From Vicingaceae bacterium (lineage in GTDB: Bacteria; Bacteroidota; Bacteroidia; Flavobacteriales_E; Vicingaceae), in the NCBI GenBank assembly GCA_026003395.1, contig BPHE01000009.1:5528-69527 (forward strand): a stretch of 64,000 nt of DNA, in the 5' to 3' direction. Under the pieces are notes generated by a model, which did not search any database, had not been told where the DNA came from, and saw nothing but the letters and a program-made list of their open reading frames with translations. Made by a program: the position numbers and the translations under genes. Of this stretch, positions 21,308 through 30,614 are shown piece by piece. Every line of letters starts with the position of its first letter. The first letter of the stretch is position 1.

Positions 21308-22402
21308 TTAGAAGTATCCACGAATGGTTATCCTGAAATTTCTTCCCGGGGCAGATATTCCCGAGGCAAAATGCCGGTAATTTTGATCAAGTATATTTTC
21401 TAAAGCTAATTGAATTTCGATGATTTTATTCAAATGGTAACCTGCGCGGGCATTGACGGTTATCCAGGCAGGCGTACCCCAAGGGGTGGCTTTGGATAAA
21501 TTGTCTTCACCAAACATGTTATAATCTTTCAAGCGTTTCCATCCGTTATAAATAAAAAAGATTTCACCTTTGAATTTATTTTTGTTGAGTCTAAAAGAGG
21601 TCATTCCGTATACAGGAGGAATATGATCGAGAGGGTAAGGGGTCGAGTCGGTTTTTATCCTTCCGTAAGTATAAGTTAAAGTGCTGCGTATGGAGAAATT
21701 TTCTGTAACATTTGCCTGCATAGAGGCCTGAAGGCCATAAATGAAAGCATTGAGGGCATTCTGGTTTGCCACAATCCGGCTCCAACGCCCGTCATAAAAT
21801 ATGGAATCCTGTCCGTTGAAAGTATAGGGAGCAGTGGTGATAAGATTATCATAATAGGTATAATAGGCGGTAGCTTCAAGGTATGTTTTTTCGATTTCGC
21901 GGCCTATGGTCAAATCTGCTGTGTAGGTATATTCGGGTTTTATGTTCGGGTTGGGCACAATCAAGAGTCCGGGCACCGATTCAAAAACCTTTCCAAGGTC
22001 ATCCACGTTTGGCGATCGAAATCCTGTGTTACCGGTCAAAGCAAATTTCCATTTGCCGGGAAGCCAGGTTACTCCAAGCATGCCACTTGGTGCATGATTT
22101 ACTTGATTTACAACATCAAATGGAAATGGGAAAAAGTTTTTGCTTTTGAATATAGATTTCAATTCAATGTAGTTATAACGGGATCCGGCATGAAGAGTCA
22201 GTATGTCATTGAATTTATAAGCATAATTCAAATAAATGGCAGCACTGTACCAATCGCTTCCTCCATCCGGATAACGGGTGTCCAACGAATCGGTTTCGCC
22301 CGTGATAATTATGTTGGTTGTCGTGGGCTTTAGACCAAACCTTATTGTAAACACCTTCGAGTCCGTAAAAAATTTTGTGTTTCTTGATTTTTTTGCTGAA
22401 AT
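21308..22402 (-). pseudogene. TonB-dependent receptor, C-terminal fragment (duplicate of 26319-27409; no signal peptide or plug)
   Basis: Protein from TGETDSLDTRYPDGG to the C-terminal F is identical to 26319-28724. Upstream of that, an indel patch (22310-22326) shifts the frame, and the gene is cut at the duplication joint. Confidence 0.8.
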
Positions 22403-24090
22403 ATTATAAAAAGTTTGTCAAGGAAGGATATGTTTTTGTAACCTTCAAATATGACGATAGTGACATAAAATACAAAAGCATAAATCAGCATCCAATAAAA
22501 CCAAAATGAAATATATTGTGTCAAATAAGGACCATAGCCATAAAAATCGGAATAAATGATGTCCGGAAAAGTGGGTAAGATGCCGGCCATATTGGATTTG
22601 ATGTGCAGGGAAGCTTTCAATACTGGTTGAAACGTAAGAATTAAAATCACTATTCCCATGGAAATGAACTTTTGCCCGGTCAATGCATGTAAGAAAAAAG
22701 ACAAAATGATTAACGCAATGAAATCGGTGAATTTAAAAAAGAAAATTTCCGTAAAATATATTGAAAATTCAATAGGAGCTTCTCCTTTGAAAGTTTGATA
22801 CAGGATACCGAACAATAAAAAGAAAATACCGCAGAATATATAAAGCAACATCAATGAAAACAATTTGCCGGTAAGGATAACCGCAGGAGACACCGGCAAA
22901 GAATATTTGATTTCGGAAAAGAAACTTGTTTTTTCACGCCAAAAGATTTCGGCCGACAAGTAGATAAAAAACAATTTTAAAATGAAAAAAACAAAGAAAA
23001 TTATTTTCAGCGTGTAATAAGTTGTGGCATATCTTGGGGCTTCATCATCCTGAATCATTCCGATGAAATACATAAGATACATCAGAAAAATAATTCCGGT
23101 CATGAATATCAAAACATTGCTGCGCAGCATGTATTTTAGACCCAAAGAGGCCTCATTGGCCACTGCAGATAACATCCATGAAAATCCTCCGGTTATTTTT
23201 GAAAATCGAATGGATTTATATTGAACTTGAATAAAAGACCGTATGGTTTTGCCGGAATCATTGCTGTCTGCTGTTTTTTTCGGAAGATTCCATCTGATTC
23301 TCTGTTTATATACGGCCATAAAAAATAAACCAATGCCCAATCCGCACCAAACAATCCTGTTAATTATAAATCTGGCGGTAGGCACGATCAAATAATGATT
23401 CATTTCATAAGCGGTCTGTTTATTCAGCAGTTCAAATAATGGAATCAATCCAAATGGGTCGGCAATGTCAATGAAAGAATGATCAATTAAATTATCGGAC
23501 AACTGCAAAAATGAAAAATAAAATGCCAGCATTCCGACGGCAATCAAGATGGAGTATTTGATATTTTTCAAAAAAGAGCCAAAGAAAAATAATATGCAAC
23601 CGATGGCGATCAAGCTGGGCAAGACAATGATGGTCATACACCACAAATGATGGGTGAGATTAAAAGGGAGTAAAGAATCTTCGGAAGTCCAAGGAACCAA
23701 ATGGGCCAAAATATCTGCCAAGGGAATCGAGGCAAAAATCATTATGACCGGTAGGAATGCTCCCAAAAACCTTCCGCTAAAAAGCACAAATTTTGATACA
23801 GGATAGGTATAGATGATTTCATGAAACTTATATTCGTAGTCACGGGCCAGTGAAAATGCAATAAATTCATTTAAAATCAAAGGCAGGAATAATGAGATAA
23901 GAATGTAGAGGTTTGTCAATGAATAAGGGGCATTTTTGTATACAACTTCTGTTACATTGCCAATTCGAATGGTTTCTATGCTGAAAATCAACAATGCAAA
24001 GAGCATGATAACAGAAAAATAAACATATACAGATGGTTTTTTAAACCAATACTTCCATTCGAAAGGTAATATGGAAACAATTTGTTTCAT
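22342..24090 (-). CDS. truncated duplicate of the ABC-2 permease (TM region only, M1 domain lost), chimeric 3' end
   Basis: First 570 aa identical to 15453-19079. After the joint it reads out of frame into the TonB-receptor fragment for 19 codons (FQQKNQETQNFLRTRRCLQ*). Confidence 0.6.
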   Translation of the reverse strand: MKQIVSILPFEWKYWFKKPSVYVYFSVIMLFALLIFSIETIRIGNVTEVVYKNAPYSLTNLYILISLFLPLILNEFIAFSLARDYEYKFHEIIYTYPVSKFVLFSGRFLGAFLPVIMIFASIPLADILAHLVPWTSEDSLLPFNLTHHLWCMTIIVLPSLIAIGCILFFFGSFLKNIKYSILIAVGMLAFYFSFLQLSDNLIDHSFIDIADPFGLIPLFELLNKQTAYEMNHYLIVPTARFIINRIVWCGLGIGLFFMAVYKQRIRWNLPKKTADSNDSGKTIRSFIQVQYKSIRFSKITGGFSWMLSAVANEASLGLKYMLRSNVLIFMTGIIFLMYLMYFIGMIQDDEAPRYATTYYTLKIIFFVFFILKLFFIYLSAEIFWREKTSFFSEIKYSLPVSPAVILTGKLFSLMLLYIFCGIFFLLFGILYQTFKGEAPIEFSIYFTEIFFFKFTDFIALIILSFFLHALTGQKFISMGIVILILTFQPVLKASLHIKSNMAGILPTFPDIIYSDFYGYGPYLTQYISFWFYWMLIYAFVFYVTIVIFEGYKNISFLDKLFIIFQQKNQETQNFLRTRRCLQ

Positions 24091-24096
24091 CGTATT

Positions 24097-24963
24097 TTAT
24101 TCATTTACATTACACATATAGAAAAAAACATCTTCCAAATCGGGCTGTTTCGGCTTAAAATCTTTGCCGGGAAAATCTTCGGAAAAAATACTGATAAAAT
24201 GTTGCCCGTATTTTAGCTTATAAGACAGTATGTTGTATTGTTCAGACAAAGATTGAATTTCCGAACTTTCCACTTGTTTTTCGTAAACTTTGTTTTCTAT
24301 TAACTTTAAGGCATCTGCCGGAGAACCTTCAAATTTTACCCGGCCTTTGTGCAAAACTGCCATTTTGTTGCATAAATCCGAAATATCCTGGACGATATGG
24401 GTCGAAAATAAAACTATCCTTTCTTTAGCCACATCAGCCAGAATGTTTTGAAAACGGTTTCTTTCGGTTGGGTCTAAGCCGGCAGTAGGTTCGTCAACAA
24501 TCAATATTTTTGGGTCGCCCATTAATGCTTGTGCAATGCCAAACCGTTGACGCATACCTCCGGAAAAATCATACACATATCTGTTGCGATGTTCATACAA
24601 ATTTACCATATGCAACAACTGCCCGGCGATTTCCCTTCTTTTGTTTACAATTCCTTTCAAAACGGCAATGTGTGTAAGGAGTTCGATAGCAGTAGTTTTA
24701 GGATAAACACCAAATTCTTGTGGTAGATATCCGAGAATCGATTTGATTTTCCATGGTTTGTCGGTAACATTCTCGTCGTTCAAATATATTTCACCGCTGT
24801 CCGGGGCAATAAGTGTGCTTAAAATCCTCATCAATGTAGATTTTCCGGCACCATTGGGACCTAAAAGTCCAAACATTCCCGTGGTGAGTGTCAGCGAAAC
24901 ATTGTCTAATGCTTTTAAATTGTTTTGATAAGTTTTGCTGATTTGTTTAATTTCCAATTTCAT
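24097..24963 (-). CDS. ABC transporter ATP-binding protein (duplicate copy)
   Basis: 288 aa, identical to 19086-19952. Confidence 0.85.
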   Translation of the reverse strand: MKLEIKQISKTYQNNLKALDNVSLTLTTGMFGLLGPNGAGKSTLMRILSTLIAPDSGEIYLNDENVTDKPWKIKSILGYLPQEFGVYPKTTAIELLTHIAVLKGIVNKRREIAGQLLHMVNLYEHRNRYVYDFSGGMRQRFGIAQALMGDPKILIVDEPTAGLDPTERNRFQNILADVAKERIVLFSTHIVQDISDLCNKMAVLHKGRVKFEGSPADALKLIENKVYEKQVESSEIQSLSEQYNILSYKLKYGQHFISIFSEDFPGKDFKPKQPDLEDVFFYMCNVNE

Positions 24964-25167
24964 GGGAAAAATTTTTATATTCTATAACATATTTATTTTA
25001 AATAGGATACATGCCCACATGTAGGGCGCGAAAATAAAAAAAAACAGTTTAAAAACCATGTTTTATGGTTAAATCATAAAAAAAACTTAGATTATGCATT
25101 TTTAACAATACATTGGCAGGCAATTCGGATAAATCTAAAATAAATTTTAATAATTTTCGCCCTCAAT

Positions 25168-26229
25168 ATGACAACAGAAGCAACTGATTTCAGGAAAATA
25201 TTTTCGGGGAAAAGGATATTTTTGGCTGTTTTTATCGGTTTGTTGGCATCATCTTATCTTGCGTATGATGGGCTAAGCAAAACTGACTGGAATGGCTATG
25301 ATTGGTCGGGAATGTCGCTATGGTCGTTATTGGTGGCGATATTGTTGATGATATTGCGTGATCTTGCCTATATGCTTAGAATAAGAGTCCTGACAGACGG
25401 AAAATTGTCCTGGAGACAGGCATTTGATGTGGTGATGTTATGGGAATTTGCCTCGTCGCTCACACCCAGCGTGGTGGGAGGATCGGGTTTTGCCATTTTT
25501 ATCTTAAATCAGGAAAAAATTCCACTTGGAAAAAGCACGGCAATTGTCATGGTTACGGCTTTTCTAGATGAATTGTTTTATGTCATCATGGTGCCTTTGG
25601 TGTTGATTTTCACCGGCACGCAAGAGCTTTTCCCTCTTAGTTTGCAAAAACAAATCTTAGGAGTGGAATTTGGCAGCAAGCAATTGTTTTATGTTGGTTA
25701 TGCGTTTATTTTGATATTGATAGGTGTGATTTTTTATGGTTTGTTTATTCGTCCGAAAGTCGTAAAATATTGGTTGGTCAAAATTTTTTCATTCAGGTTG
25801 CTCAGAAAATGGAGATATAAAGCACTCGAAACAGCCAATAATTTAATTATTACATCCATAGTATTGAAAGGAAAAAATTTTGGTTTCTGGTTGAAGGCGT
25901 TTTTTTATACCATTCTTTCATGGTCGGCACGTTTCTGGGTTGTAAACTTTATATTACAGGCCTTCAATCCTTCGTTAAACATAGCCGATCATCTGTTGAT
26001 TTATGCACGCCAATTGGTGATGTGGGTCATTTTGTTGATAAGTCCAACTCCCGGCGGAGCCGGAGTTGCCGAGATTTCTTTTTCGGGATTTCTGGAACAA
26101 TTTACTCCTGATGGTTTTGCTGCACTTCAAGCCACTTTATGGAGGGTTTTGAGCTATTATCCGTATATATTGATAGGAAGTATTTTGTTGCCCATCTGGT
26201 TAAGACGGGTGTTGGAACGTAAAAAATAA
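25168..26229 (+). CDS. flippase-like / UPF0104 membrane protein (duplicate copy)
   Basis: 353 aa, identical to 20157-21218. Five synonymous nucleotide differences. Confidence 0.75.
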   Translation: MTTEATDFRKIFSGKRIFLAVFIGLLASSYLAYDGLSKTDWNGYDWSGMSLWSLLVAILLMILRDLAYMLRIRVLTDGKLSWRQAFDVVMLWEFASSLTPSVVGGSGFAIFILNQEKIPLGKSTAIVMVTAFLDELFYVIMVPLVLIFTGTQELFPLSLQKQILGVEFGSKQLFYVGYAFILILIGVIFYGLFIRPKVVKYWLVKIFSFRLLRKWRYKALETANNLIITSIVLKGKNFGFWLKAFFYTILSWSARFWVVNFILQAFNPSLNIADHLLIYARQLVMWVILLISPTPGGAGVAEISFSGFLEQFTPDGFAALQATLWRVLSYYPYILIGSILLPIWLRRVLERKK

Positions 26230-26258
26230 AAGCCCTTGAAATCAAGGGCTTTTATTGT
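26228..26258. terminator. bidirectional terminator-like hairpin (duplicate)
   Basis: Same hairpin as 21217-21247. Confidence 0.5.
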
Positions 26259-26318
26259 CTTGAGTTTTTTGAAATTTTCAAAAAATCAATATAAGCATGT
26301 GTTCGTTTGAGACAATTT

Positions 26319-28724
26319 TTAGAAGTATCCACGAATGGTTATCCTGAAATTTCTTCCCGGGGCAGATATTCCCGAGGCAAAATGCCGGTAATTTTGATCA
26401 AGTATATTTTCTAAAGCTAATTGAATTTCGATGATTTTATTCAAATGGTAACCTGCGCGGGCATTGACGGTTATCCAGGCAGGCGTACCCCAAGGGGTGG
26501 CTTTGGATAAATTGTCTTCACCAAACATGTTATAATCTTTCAAGCGTTTCCATCCGTTATAAATAAAAAAGATTTCACCTTTGAATTTATTTTTGTTGAG
26601 TCTAAAAGAGGTCATTCCGTATACAGGAGGAATATGATCGAGAGGGTAAGGGGTCGAGTCGGTTTTTATCCTTCCGTAAGTATAAGTTAAAGTGCTGCGT
26701 ATGGAGAAATTTTCTGTAACATTTGCCTGCATAGAGGCCTGAAGGCCATAAATGAAAGCATTGAGGGCATTCTGGTTTGCCACAATCCGGCTCCAACGCC
26801 CGTCATAAAATATGGAATCCTGTCCGTTGAAAGTATAGGGAGCAGTGGTGATAAGATTATCATAATAGGTATAATAGGCGGTAGCTTCAAGGTATGTTTT
26901 TTCGATTTCGCGGCCTATGGTCAAATCTGCTGTGTAGGTATATTCGGGTTTTATGTTCGGGTTGGGCACAATCAAGAGTCCGGGCACCGATTCAAAAACC
27001 TTTCCAAGGTCATCCACGTTTGGCGATCGAAATCCTGTGTTACCGGTCAAAGCAAATTTCCATTTGCCGGGAAGCCAGGTTACTCCAAGCATGCCACTTG
27101 GTGCATGATTTACTTGATTTACAACATCAAATGGAAATGGGAAAAAGTTTTTGCTTTTGAATATAGATTTCAATTCAATGTAGTTATAACGGGATCCGGC
27201 ATGAAGAGTCAGTATGTCATTGAATTTATAAGCATAATTCAAATAAATGGCAGCACTGTACCAATCGCTTCCTCCATCGGGATAACGGGTATCCAATGAA
27301 TCGGTTTCGCCCGTGATAATATTGGTTGTATGAGCTTTAGACCAAACCTTATTGTAAACACCTTCGAGTCCGTAAAAAATTTTGTGTTTCTTGATTTTTT
27401 TGCTGAAATCTGCATTTAGCGCATAAACTTCAACATTTTCAATTCTGCTCTGAAGTTTAAGATTGTTTAAACGTCTTGTGTGACGGCTTTCTTCTATGTT
27501 TTGAAACGAAGTGGTAAGGGTGGCTTTATCCCACCATTTACCTTGTGTGTGTTCCAATTTATAGTATGTTAAGAGGCGTTTTTGCGGCCCATAATACCAT
27601 TCTGCATATCTGGGTAATCCTCCGGATGTTTGTTGCAGACGGTCGTATCTTGGGATGTTGCTTGATGTGGAATATTGGAAATTAAAGGTATGAGTGATGT
27701 TTGCGCTTTGTTTCCACATAATTTTTTGAAGCAGGTCATATTGTTTGTATCCGGACCCAACCTGTAGGTTTGGATTATTGTTTACAAAAACCGAATCTTT
27801 TCCTTCAATGGTTTTAACGTAAAAATTCCTGTACCAATCGGTGCCTAATGCATAGTTTCGATTGTTTCCTTGCATCAGGTCTCCAAAATCGGAATAAGTG
27901 AAGGAGGAAATCCAACCAAATTTATTGTTGGCAATCGAAAAGTCAATATGCCCGGTTTTCTCCTCGTTGGCGGTTGAATACCTGGTATAAGCACTTCCTT
28001 TGGTAATCCATTTTGAATCATTGGAAAATACTGGGTTTTTGGTTTGAAAAACCATCACTCCCCCCAACGCATCGCTTCCATATATTACCGATCCCGGGCC
28101 AAAGATTACTTCTGCCGATTGAAGCATGTTCGGATCAATCGTGATGACATTTTGTAAATGGCCTGAACGGTAAATGGCATTGTTCATTCTGATACCATCA
28201 ATCACCAACAACACACGGCTGGCTTCAAAACCTCTCAAAACGGGGCTGCCTCCGCCTTGTTGGGATTTCTGCACAAATACATCTCCGGTGTAGATTAACA
28301 TATCGGCCGTTGTTTGCGGGTTGTAAAAATTTATTTCTTCAGCTTCGATTTTTCTTATTTTTAAAGGGGACTCTTTTAAAGTTAGGGAATCGCGTTTGGG
28401 CGATATGACAAATGCTTCAAGATTGTAAACCTTTTCGTTTAACAAGATTTTAAAATTATTTTTCTCCAAATCTTCGTATGATACTGTAGCGGTAAAATAA
28501 GACAAATGTTTAATTTTGATTTGATCGCCTTTTTTCAGGCCAGTTAAGGTTATTTTACCTTTGTTGTCGGTGCTTCCTTGTAATACTTCATTAACATACA
28601 CATAAGCACCTGCCACAGGTTGCAGCGTGGCATTGTCCAATACGTTTATTTCTTGCCCAAAAGAGAATCCGGCAATAAAAACAAAAATACAAAACAATAT
28701 ATGGTTAAAATTTAATTTTTTCAT
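26319..28724 (-). CDS. TonB-dependent receptor with N-terminal carboxypeptidase-regulatory-like domain
   Basis: 801 aa. Signal peptide. Plug motifs (GGGSPVLRGFEASRVLLVIDGIRMNNA, GSDALGGVMVF). C-terminal aromatic residue (RGYF). Confidence 0.9.
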   Translation of the reverse strand: MKKLNFNHILFCIFVFIAGFSFGQEINVLDNATLQPVAGAYVYVNEVLQGSTDNKGKITLTGLKKGDQIKIKHLSYFTATVSYEDLEKNNFKILLNEKVYNLEAFVISPKRDSLTLKESPLKIRKIEAEEINFYNPQTTADMLIYTGDVFVQKSQQGGGSPVLRGFEASRVLLVIDGIRMNNAIYRSGHLQNVITIDPNMLQSAEVIFGPGSVIYGSDALGGVMVFQTKNPVFSNDSKWITKGSAYTRYSTANEEKTGHIDFSIANNKFGWISSFTYSDFGDLMQGNNRNYALGTDWYRNFYVKTIEGKDSVFVNNNPNLQVGSGYKQYDLLQKIMWKQSANITHTFNFQYSTSSNIPRYDRLQQTSGGLPRYAEWYYGPQKRLLTYYKLEHTQGKWWDKATLTTSFQNIEESRHTRRLNNLKLQSRIENVEVYALNADFSKKIKKHKIFYGLEGVYNKVWSKAHTTNIITGETDSLDTRYPDGGSDWYSAAIYLNYAYKFNDILTLHAGSRYNYIELKSIFKSKNFFPFPFDVVNQVNHAPSGMLGVTWLPGKWKFALTGNTGFRSPNVDDLGKVFESVPGLLIVPNPNIKPEYTYTADLTIGREIEKTYLEATAYYTYYDNLITTAPYTFNGQDSIFYDGRWSRIVANQNALNAFIYGLQASMQANVTENFSIRSTLTYTYGRIKTDSTPYPLDHIPPVYGMTSFRLNKNKFKGEIFFIYNGWKRLKDYNMFGEDNLSKATPWGTPAWITVNARAGYHLNKIIEIQLALENILDQNYRHFASGISAPGRNFRITIRGYF

Positions 28725-28937
28725 AACTGATGATTTTAGAAATTACGAATAGAAATGAAAATTATGACCATAATAATCATAAGATCATCGGCCTTTAGAG
28801 ACGTTAGCATTGATCTGTCATGTTAAATCTCCGGCGGGGGTGAAAGGAGTTGCAATTGTATGGATTGATAAAATGTAGTTAAATACCCAAATGTTATAAG
28901 CATGCTTTTAATATGGAACTGAAAATTTTGTGTAAAA

Positions 28938-29357
28938 TCAGACAACCAAAAAATTTCTGCGAAATTTTTTTGGCGCAACCGGATCAGACGGTAAGGACTG
29001 TTTGGTATCGTGCTGTAAAAGTTTTTTGAAATAATCTGTCAATGCTTTTTCTTTCTTATCCTCCAAACAAACGATTCGTATAAACTTTCCATCCTTGATG
29101 ATTTTGACTACATCATACATTTTACCGTCAAAACGGAATTCTTTGCCTTTTTCCTCCCAGGCAATGCGATTGAATTGATGAATGGAAAATATCAAACTTT
29201 TGGTTTCCCTGTGTGTTTTTCCAAATTTAACGGATTGTTGGAAGTTGTACCGCAGATATTTCCTTTGAATCCATAACAATCCCTCAAATCTCAGGTAGAA
29301 AAACAACAAGGCAGGAATGGAGATGGATAGAAGGAAGTATTTTTTGTATGATATCAT
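28938..29357 (-). CDS. hypothetical membrane-anchored protein
   Basis: ORF with one N-terminal TM segment. The ATG at 29357 is preferred over the TTG at 29375 in the ORF track. Sits 4 nt after the kbl stop. Confidence 0.45.
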   Translation of the reverse strand: MISYKKYFLLSISIPALLFFYLRFEGLLWIQRKYLRYNFQQSVKFGKTHRETKSLIFSIHQFNRIAWEEKGKEFRFDGKMYDVVKIIKDGKFIRIVCLEDKKEKALTDYFKKLLQHDTKQSLPSDPVAPKKFRRNFLVV

Positions 29358-29361
29358 GTTG

Positions 29362-30546
29362 CTAAATGACACCAAGTTTTTTCCCTACTTTTTCAAAGGC
29401 GGCTATGGCTTTGTCAAGATGTTCGGTTTCGTGGGCAGCAGAAAGTTGTACTCTGATGCGTGCTTGTCCTTTTGGTACAACCGGGTAGAAAAATCCAATC
29501 ACGTAGATTCCTTCCTCCAATAAAGCATTAGCAAAATCTTGCGATAGTTTGGCATCGTAGACCATAATAGGTACAATGGCACTTTCGCCATCTTTGATGT
29601 CAAATCCCAGCGATCTAATCTTCTCTTTGAAATATTTTACGTTTCTTTCGAGTTTGTCACGTAGATGGGTTGTTTTCGAAAGCATGTCGAAAACGGCGAT
29701 TGAAGCTCCAACGATGTGAGGTGCCAAAGAGTTTGAGAAAAGATATGGCCTCGAACGTTGACGCAGCATTTCAATGATTTCCTTTCGTCCTGTGGTAAAA
29801 CCGCCCATGGCACCCCCAAGCGCTTTACCCAATGTGCCTGTGATAATATCGACGCGCCCCATGACATTTTTCAACTCGATGGTGCCACGTCCTGTAGGGC
29901 CTATAAAACCCGTAGCATGGCTTTCGTCAACCATTACAAGGGCATTGTACTTTTCGGCCAGGTCGCAAATTTTATCCAACGGAGCAACAAATCCGTCCAT
30001 AGAAAACACCCCGTCGGTGACAATGATTCTAAAACGGGCATCGGATGCTTCTTTCAATTTTGCTTCAAGGTCGTCCATGTCGCAATTTTTGTAGCGGTAT
30101 CGACGGGCTTTACATAATCTCACACCATCGATAATGGAGGCATGGTTTAATTCATCCGAAATTATTGCGTCTTGTTCGTTGAAAAGTGGTTCGAACACCC
30201 CCCCATTGGCATCAAAACAGGCAGCATATAAAATAGTGTCTTCGGTGCCTAAAAATTCTGCTATTTTACGCTCAAGTTCTTTGTGTATGTCTTGTGTACC
30301 GCAAATAAACCGGACACTGCTCATACCGTACCCACGGGAATCTAATGTGCGGTGGGCCGCTGCAATTACTTCAGGATGTGACGAAAGACCCAAATAATTG
30401 TTTGAGCAGAAGTTTAATACTTTCTTTCCTCCCACAATGATCTCAGCCCCTTGTTCCGATTCGATGATCCGCTCTTTTTTGAATAAACCCGATGCTTCAA
30501 TGGATTTCAGTTCGTTTTCCAAATATTGCTTAAAATTTCCGTACAT
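29362..30546 (-). CDS. kbl: glycine C-acetyltransferase (2-amino-3-ketobutyrate CoA ligase)
   Basis: 394 aa, collinear with E. coli Kbl as I recall it ([48 protein letters not shown]). Confidence 0.92.
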   Translation of the reverse strand: MYGNFKQYLENELKSIEASGLFKKERIIESEQGAEIIVGGKKVLNFCSNNYLGLSSHPEVIAAAHRTLDSRGYGMSSVRFICGTQDIHKELERKIAEFLGTEDTILYAACFDANGGVFEPLFNEQDAIISDELNHASIIDGVRLCKARRYRYKNCDMDDLEAKLKEASDARFRIIVTDGVFSMDGFVAPLDKICDLAEKYNALVMVDESHATGFIGPTGRGTIELKNVMGRVDIITGTLGKALGGAMGGFTTGRKEIIEMLRQRSRPYLFSNSLAPHIVGASIAVFDMLSKTTHLRDKLERNVKYFKEKIRSLGFDIKDGESAIVPIMVYDAKLSQDFANALLEEGIYVIGFFYPVVPKGQARIRVQLSAAHETEHLDKAIAAFEKVGKKLGVI

Positions 30547-30614
30547 TCCTTTTTGTTTTTGGATATTTGCGTCAAATTTAAAAATATATTTGAATAACCG
30601 ACGTTCTGATACCT

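Larger units (their letters stand above)
17392..22402. repeat. tandem duplication, unit 1 (5,011 bp)
   Basis: Direct repeat of 22403-27409. Offset is 5011 across the shared ORFs. Joint reads tgctgaaat|attataaaaag at 22402|22403. Confidence 0.95.
22403..27409. repeat. tandem duplication, unit 2
   Basis: See unit 1. Net 4 nt shorter because of the indel patch near 27321-27333. Confidence 0.95.

Noticed and set aside
17380-27420. Mobile element, IS or composite transposon as the cause of the 5-kb repeat
   Set aside because: No transposase or integrase ORF, no terminal inverted repeats, and no target-site duplication at the ends. The unit boundaries fall inside two ordinary genes, as expected for a simple tandem duplication.
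28725-28937. Possible riboswitch (for example cobalamin) in the 213-nt leader of the TonB-dependent receptor
   Set aside because: Reading the minus strand, I found no B12 box (GCCACUG-like) or other recognisable core. The only structure is a short ctcc...ggag stem around a G-rich loop. Not supportable by eye.
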